NCBI GenBank assembly: GCA_016712675.1
Contig: JADJQR010000011.1
Span: 67,946-131,945, forward strand
Direction: 5' to 3'
DNA length: 64,000 nt
DNA from: a bacterium
GTDB taxonomy: Bacteria > Krumholzibacteriota > Krumholzibacteriia > LZORAL124-64-63
The notes under the pieces are model-generated. The model saw only the letters and a program-made list of their open reading frames with translations, was not told the origin of the DNA and did no database searches. How positions within the stretch are numbered: position 1 is the stretch's first letter; each line of letters opens with the position of its first letter. Positions 26,113-34,111 of the stretch are shown in pieces. Made by a program: the position numbers and the translations under genes.

Positions 26113-26199
26113 GACGGTCCTCCTCGGCAAGCGGGGACCGTCGCGTCCCCCGGGGGACCGGCCGGCCCCCTCGGGGATTGACACGCGCGCGGCCGCCCG

Positions 26200-26463
26200 T
26201 CACGGGCGCCGGTCGCCCTCCTCCGGTCGCTCCCCGAGATAGCGCTCGGGGTAGCGGCGGACGAAATGGGCGATGGCGGCGGCGATGGCCTGCGCCACCG
26301 CGCCCACCGCCAGCAGGTGAGCGAACGGGGTCGGCAGCCCGAAGGCCGCCAGCAACCCGCTCGCCAAGCCCGCCGCCGCCAGCGCGGACGCGGGGATAAA
26401 GACGAGGGCCGTTTTGCCGGCGTACAGCCGGGCGGCCCACAGGATCAACGAGTCGTTTTTCAC
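26200..26463 (-). CDS. small membrane protein
   Basis: 87 aa with two hydrophobic helices. GTG start after GTGGAGGTG and T6. Confidence 0.4.
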   Translation of the reverse strand: MKNDSLILWAARLYAGKTALVFIPASALAAAGLASGLLAAFGLPTPFAHLLAVGAVAQAIAAAIAHFVRRYPERYLGERPEEGDRRP

Positions 26464-26590
26464 GGTTGCACCTCCACAAAAAACGGGTTCGCGCCGCGCC
26501 CCCGAGGGACGGGCGCTCCCGCGGGTTCAAAAACGGTTTGCCGGCCGGCCGATCCGTGCTATGGCTGAAGCGTTTTGCTCCGGAGCCCAC

Positions 26591-27019
26591 ATGGATACAC
26601 CGACCTACTTTCTCCTGGACCCCGCCCGGCCCGACGCTTTCCGCCTGACGCGAAAAGGCCGGGAGGAACTGGGTCCGCGCTTCGCCCGCCACGGCTTCCA
26701 GCTGGACGCGCTGCGCACCGCCGACCAAATCGACGACGCCATCGCCGCGGTGATCGCGGCGGAGCTGCGCGCGCTGGCGCCCGAGCGGCTCGCCGAGGGC
26801 GAGACCGCGAACCGCATCTTCGATTTGCAGTTCGCGACCGACCCGCTGCGCGGCGTGCCGCCCCAGCCGCTGCACGAGCGGCGGGCGGCGCGGCGGGCGG
26901 TGCTGCGCGAGCTGGTCCGCCCCTACCTCCCGCCGCCGCCCGAGCCGACGCCCGGAAGGTCGGGCGCGCTCCGGCGGCTGGCGCGGGCGGCCCTACGGGC
27001 CTTTGCGCGGTGGCGCTGA
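26591..27019 (+). CDS. small protein of the YFLLDP paralog family (P4)
   Basis: MDTPTYFLLDPARPDAFRLTRKGREELGPRFARHGFQLDALRT. Confidence 0.5.
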   Translation: MDTPTYFLLDPARPDAFRLTRKGREELGPRFARHGFQLDALRTADQIDDAIAAVIAAELRALAPERLAEGETANRIFDLQFATDPLRGVPPQPLHERRAARRAVLRELVRPYLPPPPEPTPGRSGALRRLARAALRAFARWR

Positions 27020-27460
27020 GCCGTTGGCGCGGCGCGCGGCGCGGCGCTCGTCCAGCGTCCGGTAAAGGAGCCGGCGCTGCTGGGACAAGTCCTGCCGGTC
27101 CCGCTCGGAGACGGGCCCTTGCAAGGTCTGGGCGATGCCGTCGGCCATCCGCCGGAGGTCGGCGTCGGGCAACGGCCGCAGGGCGGACACGAACGCCGCC
27201 TCGTCGAAGGGCGCGGCGGGCGCGGCGGACGGCACCGGCGGGGTCGCGCGCGCGCGCCAGGGCAGATACGGCACCAAAAGCGCGGTGAGGAACGCCGCCC
27301 AAAACTCCCCGTGCCGGGCGTACAGCGACACCCAGACGACGGCGAGGATACCCGCGTTGCGGGCGGGCGGGCTCGACGCGGCGCGCCGGAGCGCGGGCGC
27401 TGGCGGATGGCGGGCGAGACTTGAAAGCAGGGCGCCCAGCCAAAAGAGATAGGGGTGCAT
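26993..27460 (-). CDS. hypothetical membrane-associated protein
   Basis: Internal ATG (MHPYLFWLGALLSSL...) preceded by AAGGAGA and a T-rich tract. The 273-aa track ORF start is rejected. Confidence 0.4.
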   Translation of the reverse strand: MHPYLFWLGALLSSLARHPPAPALRRAASSPPARNAGILAVVWVSLYARHGEFWAAFLTALLVPYLPWRARATPPVPSAAPAAPFDEAAFVSALRPLPDADLRRMADGIAQTLQGPVSERDRQDLSQQRRLLYRTLDERRAARRANGSAPPRKGP

Positions 27461-27473
27461 GGGAGTCTCCTTC

Positions 27474-27523
27474 AAAAAAGAAAGGGACGCGCCACGCCCC
27501 GGACCGGGGATCGGAACGTCCCC
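27474..27523 (-). terminator. GC hairpin plus T-tract (minus strand) upstream of the SD of the 26993..27460 ORF
   Basis: Minus strand: GGGGACGTTCCGATCCCCGGTCCGGGGCGTGGCGCGTCCC-TTTCTTTTTT-GAAGGAGA. Confidence 0.4.
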
Positions 27524-27785
27524 GGACGGGAAGAAAAAACGGTGGGCCGGCGGGGCCGGCGAGCGACGTGGCCTCGGCCCGTCGCGGGTCTTGCGGGTGG
27601 CCGCTTCCGTCCTCCCCCGGACCGGCGCCCTCGGGCGTCCGGCCTTGGCTCGGGACTTCGGATCGCGGTCTCGGTGGCGGATTTTACCGGGTTGACCACC
27701 TCTACCCCGGATAGGCGTCCTTGCGTTGCGCTGCCGCCGAGCGAGCGGCTGTCGTGGGCCGGTTTTTAGCGTGGGTCCGACCGCC

Positions 27786-27899
27786 ACGCCGATTCGTTTC
27801 TGTCGGATCGGCAACCGACGTGAGCCCCTCTTTTTTTACGTAGGCCGGACGCCCTACGCCGATTCGTTTCTGTCGGATCGGCAACCGACGTGAGCCCCC
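27786..27899. repeat. two perfect 44-bp direct repeats (27786-27829 and 27856-27899), period 70 bp
   Basis: ACGCCGATTCGTTTCTGTCGGATCGGCAACCGACGTGAGCCCC occurs twice. A T7 run follows each copy, within 2 nt of the first and about 30 nt after the second. The repeats lie in the 640-bp divergent intergenic region. Confidence 0.9.
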
Positions 27900-28100
27900 C
27901 GATTAGGCAGACCGGACGCTCTGCCCCCGCTTTTTTTGGATAGGTGCGAGGAAACCTATTGAAACGTTTCGACTATAGGGCCGGGACGGGGCCAGGTCAA
28001 GCCGGCGGGCCGGTTCCCCCGGCCCCGGCGGCGTGGTATGTTGGGGCCATGATCGCCCTGGACCCCCGGCGGCGGGAGGCCCTCCCGCCGCGCCCCGTCC

Positions 28101-29246
28101 GTGTTTAGCTTTTTCGCCCGCCGGCCCCGCGCCGCGCCGGCCCCGCCGGCCGCGCCCGCCTGGCCGGCGACCGGGGCGCGGGAAGAGCGCGCGGCGCGCT
28201 GGTTCGCCACCGAGCCGCCGGAGACGGTCGCGCTGGCGGTGGAGAGCCTGCGCGCGCTGGCGCGCGCCGGACCCCGCGCCGCCGGCGAAACGCGGCCCGA
28301 CCCCGCGCCGCCGGACTGGCTCGACGGCGCCCTGGACCGCCTGGAGCGCATCCCCGAACCCCTGCCGGTCCCCCCGCACCTCCCGCGCCTGCCCTGGCGG
28401 TACCTGGTGTTCGTCCGGGCGCTGTGCGACGCCCTGGAGACGGCCCACGGCGAGCTGCGCCGGCGGGGGATCGCCGCGCCCTGCCCGCTGACCGACCGGC
28501 CCGACCCGTTCCCGCCCCCGCGCGCGCCGCGCCGGGCGCCGCAACCCCCGGTCGGCCTGGGGGCGCTGGTGGCGGGCGCGCGCTTGCCGGAAGACGGCCT
28601 GCGCCTGCTGCTGGCGGCGTGCGCCGCGGGCATCCCCTGGCCCGACGCGGCCGCCTTCTGGGGGCGGCTCGCCGCGCCCGGCCCGGCGCCGGAGACGGCC
28701 TCGCCCTCCGAGCCCGACCGCGCGCGCGACGACCCGCCGGCGGGAGCCCCGCCGATCGTCCGGGGCGTCGAACCCGCCCCCGCGCGCGACGGCCCGCCGG
28801 CGGTCGCGCCGGACCCCGTGACCGCCCCGGCGGCGGCGCGCGACCCCCTGGACGCCGCGGCCCGCGCCGCGCTGGCCGCGCTGGTCGCCGCGCCCGGCTT
28901 CAACCGCCAAGCCGGCGACGCCTGGCGCCACGGGGGCGCGCTCTACGTCGCCGCCCGAGCCTTCGCCCGGGAAGTGGGCGCCCACCCCTGGGTCCAGGGG
29001 CGCCCCGAGCTCGGCAACCGCAAGGCCCTCTACCGCCACCTGCTCCGGCGCGGCCTGATCGTGCCCGACGGCGGCCAGCGCATCTGGCCGCTGTGGGTCT
29101 GCGAGGACGGGCAGCCCGACCCGCGCTACGTCTCGGCGCTGAAAATGGCCGCCGGCCCGTCGGCGGGGCTGGACGCCGGCCCGGCGTTCCCCGGCTGGCT
29201 GCGCCCGGCCACCGCGCGCGAGATCCGCGCCTGGCGCGCGCGATGA
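28101..29246 (+). CDS. hypothetical protein (Pro/Ala-rich; the C-terminal ~110 aa look globular)
   Basis: 381-aa ORF with a GTG start. The C-terminus WRHGGALYVAARAFAREVGAHPWVQG...LYRHLLRRGLIVPDGGQRIWPLWVCEDG may be a DNA-binding module of ICE proteins. Uncertain. Confidence 0.5.
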   Translation: MFSFFARRPRAAPAPPAAPAWPATGAREERAARWFATEPPETVALAVESLRALARAGPRAAGETRPDPAPPDWLDGALDRLERIPEPLPVPPHLPRLPWRYLVFVRALCDALETAHGELRRRGIAAPCPLTDRPDPFPPPRAPRRAPQPPVGLGALVAGARLPEDGLRLLLAACAAGIPWPDAAAFWGRLAAPGPAPETASPSEPDRARDDPPAGAPPIVRGVEPAPARDGPPAVAPDPVTAPAAARDPLDAAARAALAALVAAPGFNRQAGDAWRHGGALYVAARAFAREVGAHPWVQGRPELGNRKALYRHLLRRGLIVPDGGQRIWPLWVCEDGQPDPRYVSALKMAAGPSAGLDAGPAFPGWLRPATAREIRAWRAR

Positions 29247-29449
29247 ACCTCACCCTCAACGGCCCCCAGGCCACGCTCCGCCAGCTGGAGGACGCGCTGT
29301 CGGCCACCGGGCTGGTCACCCACCGCAACTACCCGGCCAAAGCGTCCAAGCAGGCGATGCTGCACCTCACGGTCGAAACCGGCGCCCAGCTGCAACAGGC
29401 GGTCGCGGCGCTGGCGGCCCTGGCCCGCCGGCCGGGAGCGCCGCTTTGA
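29243..29449 (+). CDS. hypothetical small protein
   Basis: 68 aa. ATGA overlap with the upstream stop. Composition is mixed. Confidence 0.4.
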   Translation: MNLTLNGPQATLRQLEDALSATGLVTHRNYPAKASKQAMLHLTVETGAQLQQAVAALAALARRPGAPL

Positions 29450-29546
29450 GCGGCCGGCCGGCCAGGAACGCCGCATCGCGCGCTCGAACCTCGCGCCGCG
29501 CGCCCCGCCGGCCCGGCTTGCCCCGATCGTTTTCAAGGAGACCCCG

Positions 29547-31310
29547 ATGAAATCCCTCCGCTTCGCCCTCGCCCTGGCCGGCGCGCTCGCGCTCCCCGCG
29601 CTCGCCGCGGCGCAAACCCCGCCGCCGGCGGCGCGCGCCCGGTCCGAAATGATCGTCACGACCCACCCGCTGGCCACCGAGGCCGGGGCGTGGGCGCTCA
29701 GGCTCGGCGGGACCGCGGCGGACGCGGCGGTGGCCGCGCAGGCCATGCTGGGCCTGGTCGAGCCGCAGTCGAGCGGCCTCGGCGGGGGCGCGTTCGCGGT
29801 CTACCACGACGCCCGCACCCGCGCGGTGACCACCTTCGACGCCCGGGAAAAAGCCCCGGCGGCGGCGACCGAGGGCCGCTTCCTGGCGCCGGACGGCCGG
29901 CCGCTGCCGTTCGTCGCGGCCTGGCAAAGCGGCCTGTCGGTCGGGGTGCCCGGCGTGCCGCGCCTGCTGGAAACGCTGCACCGGCGCGGCGGGCGGCTGC
30001 CGTGGCCGGCGCTGTTCGCGCCCGCCATCGCCAGAGCCCTGGCGGGCTTTCCGTTGTCGGAGGCGACCCACCGCGAGGCGGCGTGGCTGCTCGGCCTCAA
30101 CCCCTCGTGCGCGGACGGCGCGCGCCTGTTCTTCCGCGACCAGACGGCCTTCGCGTATTTCGCCGCGCCGGATTGCACCGCCAAGCCGGCCGGCACCCCG
30201 ATCCGCAACCCGGCCTACGCCGACACGCTCGTCCGGCTGGCCTGGCAGGGCGCGGCGGCTTTTTACGGCGGGGCCGTGGCCGAGGACGTGGTGGCGGCCG
30301 CGCGGGACGATCCGGCGATCCCGGGCGACCTGACGCTCGCCGATCTCGGCGCCTACCGGGTGATCGAGCGCGCGCCGGTGTGCGTCGGCTATCGCGGCCG
30401 CACGGTCTGCGGCATGGGGCCGCCCTCGTCCGGGGGGCTGGCGGTGGGCCAGATGCTGGGCCTGCTGGAAGGCTTCGATCTCGGCGCGGACCCGCTGGGC
30501 GCCGGGGCGGTCCACCTTTTCGCGCAAGCCGGCCGCCTGGCGTTCGCCGACCGCGACCGCTACGTCGCCGACCCCGACTTCGTGGCGGTCCCGGCGCGCG
30601 GGATGCTGGACCCGGCGTATCTCGCCGCGCGCGCCAAACTCATCGGCCCCGACGATATGGGCGCCGCGCCGCCCGGAACCCCGCCGGGCGCCTCCGGCGG
30701 GTTCGCGTCCGATTCGCGGGCCGAAAACGGCGGGACCAGCCACCTGTCCGCCGTCGACCGCTACGGCAACGCGCTGGCCTTGACCACCTCGGTCGAAAGC
30801 AGCTTCGGCAACGGGGTCATGGTCCCCGGCCGGGGCTTTTTGCTCAACAACCAGCTCACGGATTTTTCCTTCGCCCCGCGCGACGAAGCCGGCGCGCCGG
30901 TCGCCAACCGGGTGGAGCCCGGGAAGCGGCCGCGCAGCTCCATGGCGCCGACTTTGGTGTTCGGCGCGCGCGGGCGCCCGGAGATCGTGACCGGCTCGCC
31001 CGGCGGCCCGCGCATCATCGGCTACGTGGCCCAGTCCCTGGTCAACCTGATCGATTTCGGGCTCGACCCGCAAGCGGCCATCGAGATCCCCCACCACCAG
31101 AACCGCAACGGGCGCACCGAACTCGAAATCCCGGTTCCGGGCGCGACGCGGCCCTACGACGCCGACGCGCTGGCGCAAGCCCTGACCGCGCGCGGGCACG
31201 CGGTCGAGCTGGGCGCGCAGCCCAGCGGCTTGGGCGTCATCCAGGCCATCGAGGGCGGTTTCCTGGGCGGCGCCGATCCCCGGCGCGGCGGCGCGGTCGG
31301 GGGTCGCTGA
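29547..31310 (+). CDS. ggt: gamma-glutamyltransferase
   Basis: Signal peptide MKSLRFALALAGALALPALAAAQ. LGGGAF motif. Autoprocessing site GGTSHLSAVDRYGNALALTTSVESSFG. Confidence 0.9.
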   Translation: MKSLRFALALAGALALPALAAAQTPPPAARARSEMIVTTHPLATEAGAWALRLGGTAADAAVAAQAMLGLVEPQSSGLGGGAFAVYHDARTRAVTTFDAREKAPAAATEGRFLAPDGRPLPFVAAWQSGLSVGVPGVPRLLETLHRRGGRLPWPALFAPAIARALAGFPLSEATHREAAWLLGLNPSCADGARLFFRDQTAFAYFAAPDCTAKPAGTPIRNPAYADTLVRLAWQGAAAFYGGAVAEDVVAAARDDPAIPGDLTLADLGAYRVIERAPVCVGYRGRTVCGMGPPSSGGLAVGQMLGLLEGFDLGADPLGAGAVHLFAQAGRLAFADRDRYVADPDFVAVPARGMLDPAYLAARAKLIGPDDMGAAPPGTPPGASGGFASDSRAENGGTSHLSAVDRYGNALALTTSVESSFGNGVMVPGRGFLLNNQLTDFSFAPRDEAGAPVANRVEPGKRPRSSMAPTLVFGARGRPEIVTGSPGGPRIIGYVAQSLVNLIDFGLDPQAAIEIPHHQNRNGRTELEIPVPGATRPYDADALAQALTARGHAVELGAQPSGLGVIQAIEGGFLGGADPRRGGAVGGR

Positions 31311-31320
31311 GCGGCGGCCC

Positions 31321-31348
31321 TTGCCCCGGCCGGCTCCGGCGGGATGCT
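31321..31348 (+). promoter_or_regulatory. conserved promoter-like cassette copy 5 (TTGCCC-N16-GATGCT, followed by GGAACCCTCA)
   Basis: Upstream of the 31380 ORF. Confidence 0.4.
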
Positions 31349-31379
31349 GGAACCCTCATCCCCCACCGGAGCGCCCGCC

Positions 31380-31961
31380 ATGAAACCCGAACCGGCCCCC
31401 GCCGACCCCGCCGCCCTCGCCTGGCAAGCCGCCGCCCGCCGGCGCGCGGCCGAAGCCTTCGGCGGCCACCTCAAGTGGACCGCCATCGCGGACGCGCTGG
31501 CGGCGTTCTTCTTCCGCCCCGAGCGCCCGCCGCTGCGGTTCACCGACATGGAGGCGATCGCGGGCGCGCTGAACGCCCGGTTTGCGGGCGACGCCGGATC
31601 GTTCCGGTTCGACTGGCAAGACGTGCGCGTGACGCTCAATTTGCTGGGCGATTTGGCGGATTGCGTTTTTCGGCGATTCGACCCCGATACCGGCCTGCCG
31701 CTCGACGAGGTGCCGGCCGAGGTCGTCGGCCTCCTGATCGGGGCATTGGGCCAGGCGGGGCCGGAGGGCGAGCGCGCCCGCGAGGCGCTGCGGCGGATCA
31801 CCATCGATTGGCGGCCGGTCGCCGCCGCGCGCGAGGCGGCCCTTGCCCCGGCCGGACCCGGCGGGATACTGGAACCCTCTTCCACCGCTGGAGCGCCGGG
31901 CCATGCAACTCGACACCCTGATCATCGGCAGCCCCAAAGGCAGGCCGGCCCATCATTTTAA
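31380..31961 (+). CDS. hypothetical protein
   Basis: ATG at 31380. The 3' end runs through cassette copy 6 and overlaps the ATPase start by 59 nt, so the true stop/function is uncertain. Confidence 0.4.
   Translation: MKPEPAPADPAALAWQAAARRRAAEAFGGHLKWTAIADALAAFFFRPERPPLRFTDMEAIAGALNARFAGDAGSFRFDWQDVRVTLNLLGDLADCVFRRFDPDTGLPLDEVPAEVVGLLIGALGQAGPEGERAREALRRITIDWRPVAAAREAALAPAGPGGILEPSSTAGAPGHATRHPDHRQPQRQAGPSF
31843..31870 (+). promoter_or_regulatory. conserved promoter-like cassette copy 6 (TTGCCC-N16-GATACT, followed by GGAACCCTCT)
   Basis: Upstream of ATPase paralog 1. Confidence 0.4.
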
Positions 31962-33012
31962 AAACCTCGAAGACCTCGCCCTCGATTTTGGGAGCGGTCG
32001 CGGGGTGACCGCGCTGGTCGGCGAAAGCGGGACCGGCAAATCCAGCATCCTGGAGGCGCTGGCGGTGATTTTTCGCGACCTGATGCGGGGATCGCCAGAA
32101 CCCGCCTTCGCCTATCGGCTCGCCTATCGCATGGGCGTTGGCCCGCGCGGTCATCTCGTCCGGATCGACGCGGACCCGGATCGCGACAACCCCTACCGCA
32201 TCACCGCTTGCGACGCGCCGGCGGCGCAGGACGAACCGGCCGACCCGGCCGGGGGCGCACCCCTCACGCTCGCCGAGGTTCTGGCGGCGAGCGCGACGCT
32301 CTTGCCGCGCCGGGTAATCGGCTACTCGCCGGGGGCGAGTTCCCAATCGGGCGAGATGCGCGGCCACGAGAGCGACGGCGAACGCCAAAAGCGGGCGGTG
32401 CTGGACGCGCTGCGCCAAGCCGCCGACGGCGAAAGCCTGATCTTGCTCGACGGTCCCGACTCCCACTTGCACCCGCAGGACCGCAGGATTCTCGCGGCCA
32501 AGCTGACCGCTTTCGCGGGCGCGGGCGGCACGGTGCGGGCGCCGGGCCACATCGTGGTGGCCACCCACGAGCCGATAACGGTCGGCGGGCTACGGCGCGA
32601 GCAAGTCCGCATCCTGCGCCGCGAAGGCCAGCGCACCGTGGTCGATATGCCGGACGAGCACCCGCAAGGCATGGGCGTGACCGGCTTGCTGAAAAGCGAG
32701 CTGTTCGGCCTCTCGTCCACGCTGGATATAGAGACCGAACGGCGACTGCTGCGCCGCAACGCATTATTCGTCAAACAGCCGCGCAGCCCGGAAGAAGGCG
32801 CGGAGCTGGCCCGGCTTTCCGCCGAACTGGCCGATTTGGGTTTCTCCAGCGCCGATTTCCGCGATCCGATGTACGCGCTGTTCGCGCGCAAGATGGCCGA
32901 GCGCCGCCAGTTCTGCCAACCGGCGCTCACCCCAGAGCAGCGCGCCGAGCAGGATCGAATCGCCAGCGAAATTATCGACGAGGTCCTGCGCGAGGGCGCG
33001 GCCTCAATGTAA
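31903..33012 (+). CDS. ABC/SMC-like AAA ATPase, paralog 1
   Basis: Walker A ALVGESGTGKSSILEAL, Walker B/D-loop LILLDGPDSHLHPQD and H-loop VVATHEP. It aligns along its full length with the 57876..58994 ORF. Confidence 0.7.
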   Translation: MQLDTLIIGSPKGRPAHHFKNLEDLALDFGSGRGVTALVGESGTGKSSILEALAVIFRDLMRGSPEPAFAYRLAYRMGVGPRGHLVRIDADPDRDNPYRITACDAPAAQDEPADPAGGAPLTLAEVLAASATLLPRRVIGYSPGASSQSGEMRGHESDGERQKRAVLDALRQAADGESLILLDGPDSHLHPQDRRILAAKLTAFAGAGGTVRAPGHIVVATHEPITVGGLRREQVRILRREGQRTVVDMPDEHPQGMGVTGLLKSELFGLSSTLDIETERRLLRRNALFVKQPRSPEEGAELARLSAELADLGFSSADFRDPMYALFARKMAERRQFCQPALTPEQRAEQDRIASEIIDEVLREGAASM

Positions 33013-33298
33013 GCGTCCAACCTAGGCCGTCTGGACGATTGGGCCGAGCGCGCCGAGACTGCGAGGAGCGGCTGCGCGGGACCTCCGCTGGACGGGAAGG
33101 AGCGGTCATGGCAGAGCAGATAGTCATCGAATCCGGGACGGACCGGATCGAGGTTCGGCGACGCGAGCCGCCAGCGTCCGCCGAAAAGCGGTCGCCTTTT
33201 ACCCGAACCTCAAACCGAACCCTCGATGTACACCCATGTGTTTATTGAAATCGAATGGCGTGTTAAATTGTCGTTAATCCCATTCTGGAACTCCTTCA

Positions 33299-33535
33299 AT
33301 GCCGACGACGAGAGCCTTCAAAAACGGAAACTCGCAAGCGGTTCGGATTCCCGCCGAACTGGCGTTCGAGCGGACGGACATCGAGCTGGAAATCGAGCGG
33401 GTCGGGGCCGAGCTCCGGATTCGTCCCGCGCGCCGGTCCCTCTCCGGGGTGCTGGGCAAATTCGCGCGATTCTCGGCGGAGGTCATGGCGCACGGGCGCG
33501 GCGAGCACGAGCAAGCCGAGCGCGAGGGCGGCTGA
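33299..33535 (+). CDS. vapB: VapB/AbrB-type antitoxin
   Basis: MPTTRAFKNGNSQAVRIPAELAF is the SpoVT/AbrB swapped-hairpin signature. The stop overlaps the vapC ATG. Confidence 0.8.
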   Translation: MPTTRAFKNGNSQAVRIPAELAFERTDIELEIERVGAELRIRPARRSLSGVLGKFARFSAEVMAHGRGEHEQAEREGG

Positions 33536-33942
33536 TGCCAAGGTACATGCTCGACACCAACATGTGCATTTACCTGATGAAAAACCAGCCCGAGCCCGTC
33601 GCCCGGCGCTTCGCCGAATGCTACGTGGGCGACGTGGTGATCTCGGCGGTGACCTACGCCGAACTGGAGTACGGGGTCTCCGTGGCCGACGACCCCGAAA
33701 AGGAGCGGTCGCATCTGGCCGCCTTGGTGGAGGACATCCCGGTCGCGCCCTTCGACCGCGCGGCGGGCCGCGCTTACGGCCCGATCCGCCAGGCGACGCG
33801 CGAGAGCCGCAAGGATCACCTGGACAAGCTCATCGCGGCGCACGCGGTTTCGCTGGACGCGGTCCTGGTCACCAACAACCTGAAGGATTTCGCGAAATAT
33901 CCCGGCCTCAAAACCGAAAACTGGGCGGTCGAGCCTCCGTGA
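33535..33942 (+). CDS. vapC: VapC PIN-domain toxin
   Basis: MPRYMLDTNMCIYLMKNQP...ISAVTYAELEYG...AHAVSLDAVLVTNNLKDF carries the four PIN acidic positions. Confidence 0.85.
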   Translation: MPRYMLDTNMCIYLMKNQPEPVARRFAECYVGDVVISAVTYAELEYGVSVADDPEKERSHLAALVEDIPVAPFDRAAGRAYGPIRQATRESRKDHLDKLIAAHAVSLDAVLVTNNLKDFAKYPGLKTENWAVEPP

Positions 33943-34111
33943 GACGGTTGAGCGCCTCCGGTCGGATCACCGCGCGGGCGGTTCCGGCGCCCCGGGCGAA
34001 ACCGACGCTCGAGCTTGGCAAGAAGCGCCCAATGATCCCCCTTCACGAACGACCCAATTTGCGGCTCGCCATTTCGGATGGTGATCGCGGACCCGACGGA
34101 ACGCGCCGCGG

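Noticed and set aside
33108-33248. 47-aa ORF with a strong AAGGAG RBS just after ATPase paralog 1.
   Set aside because: No recognisable motif. It ends in an AT-rich junction, so it could be the 5' stub of a gene truncated by the island insertion. Evidence is too weak to call.
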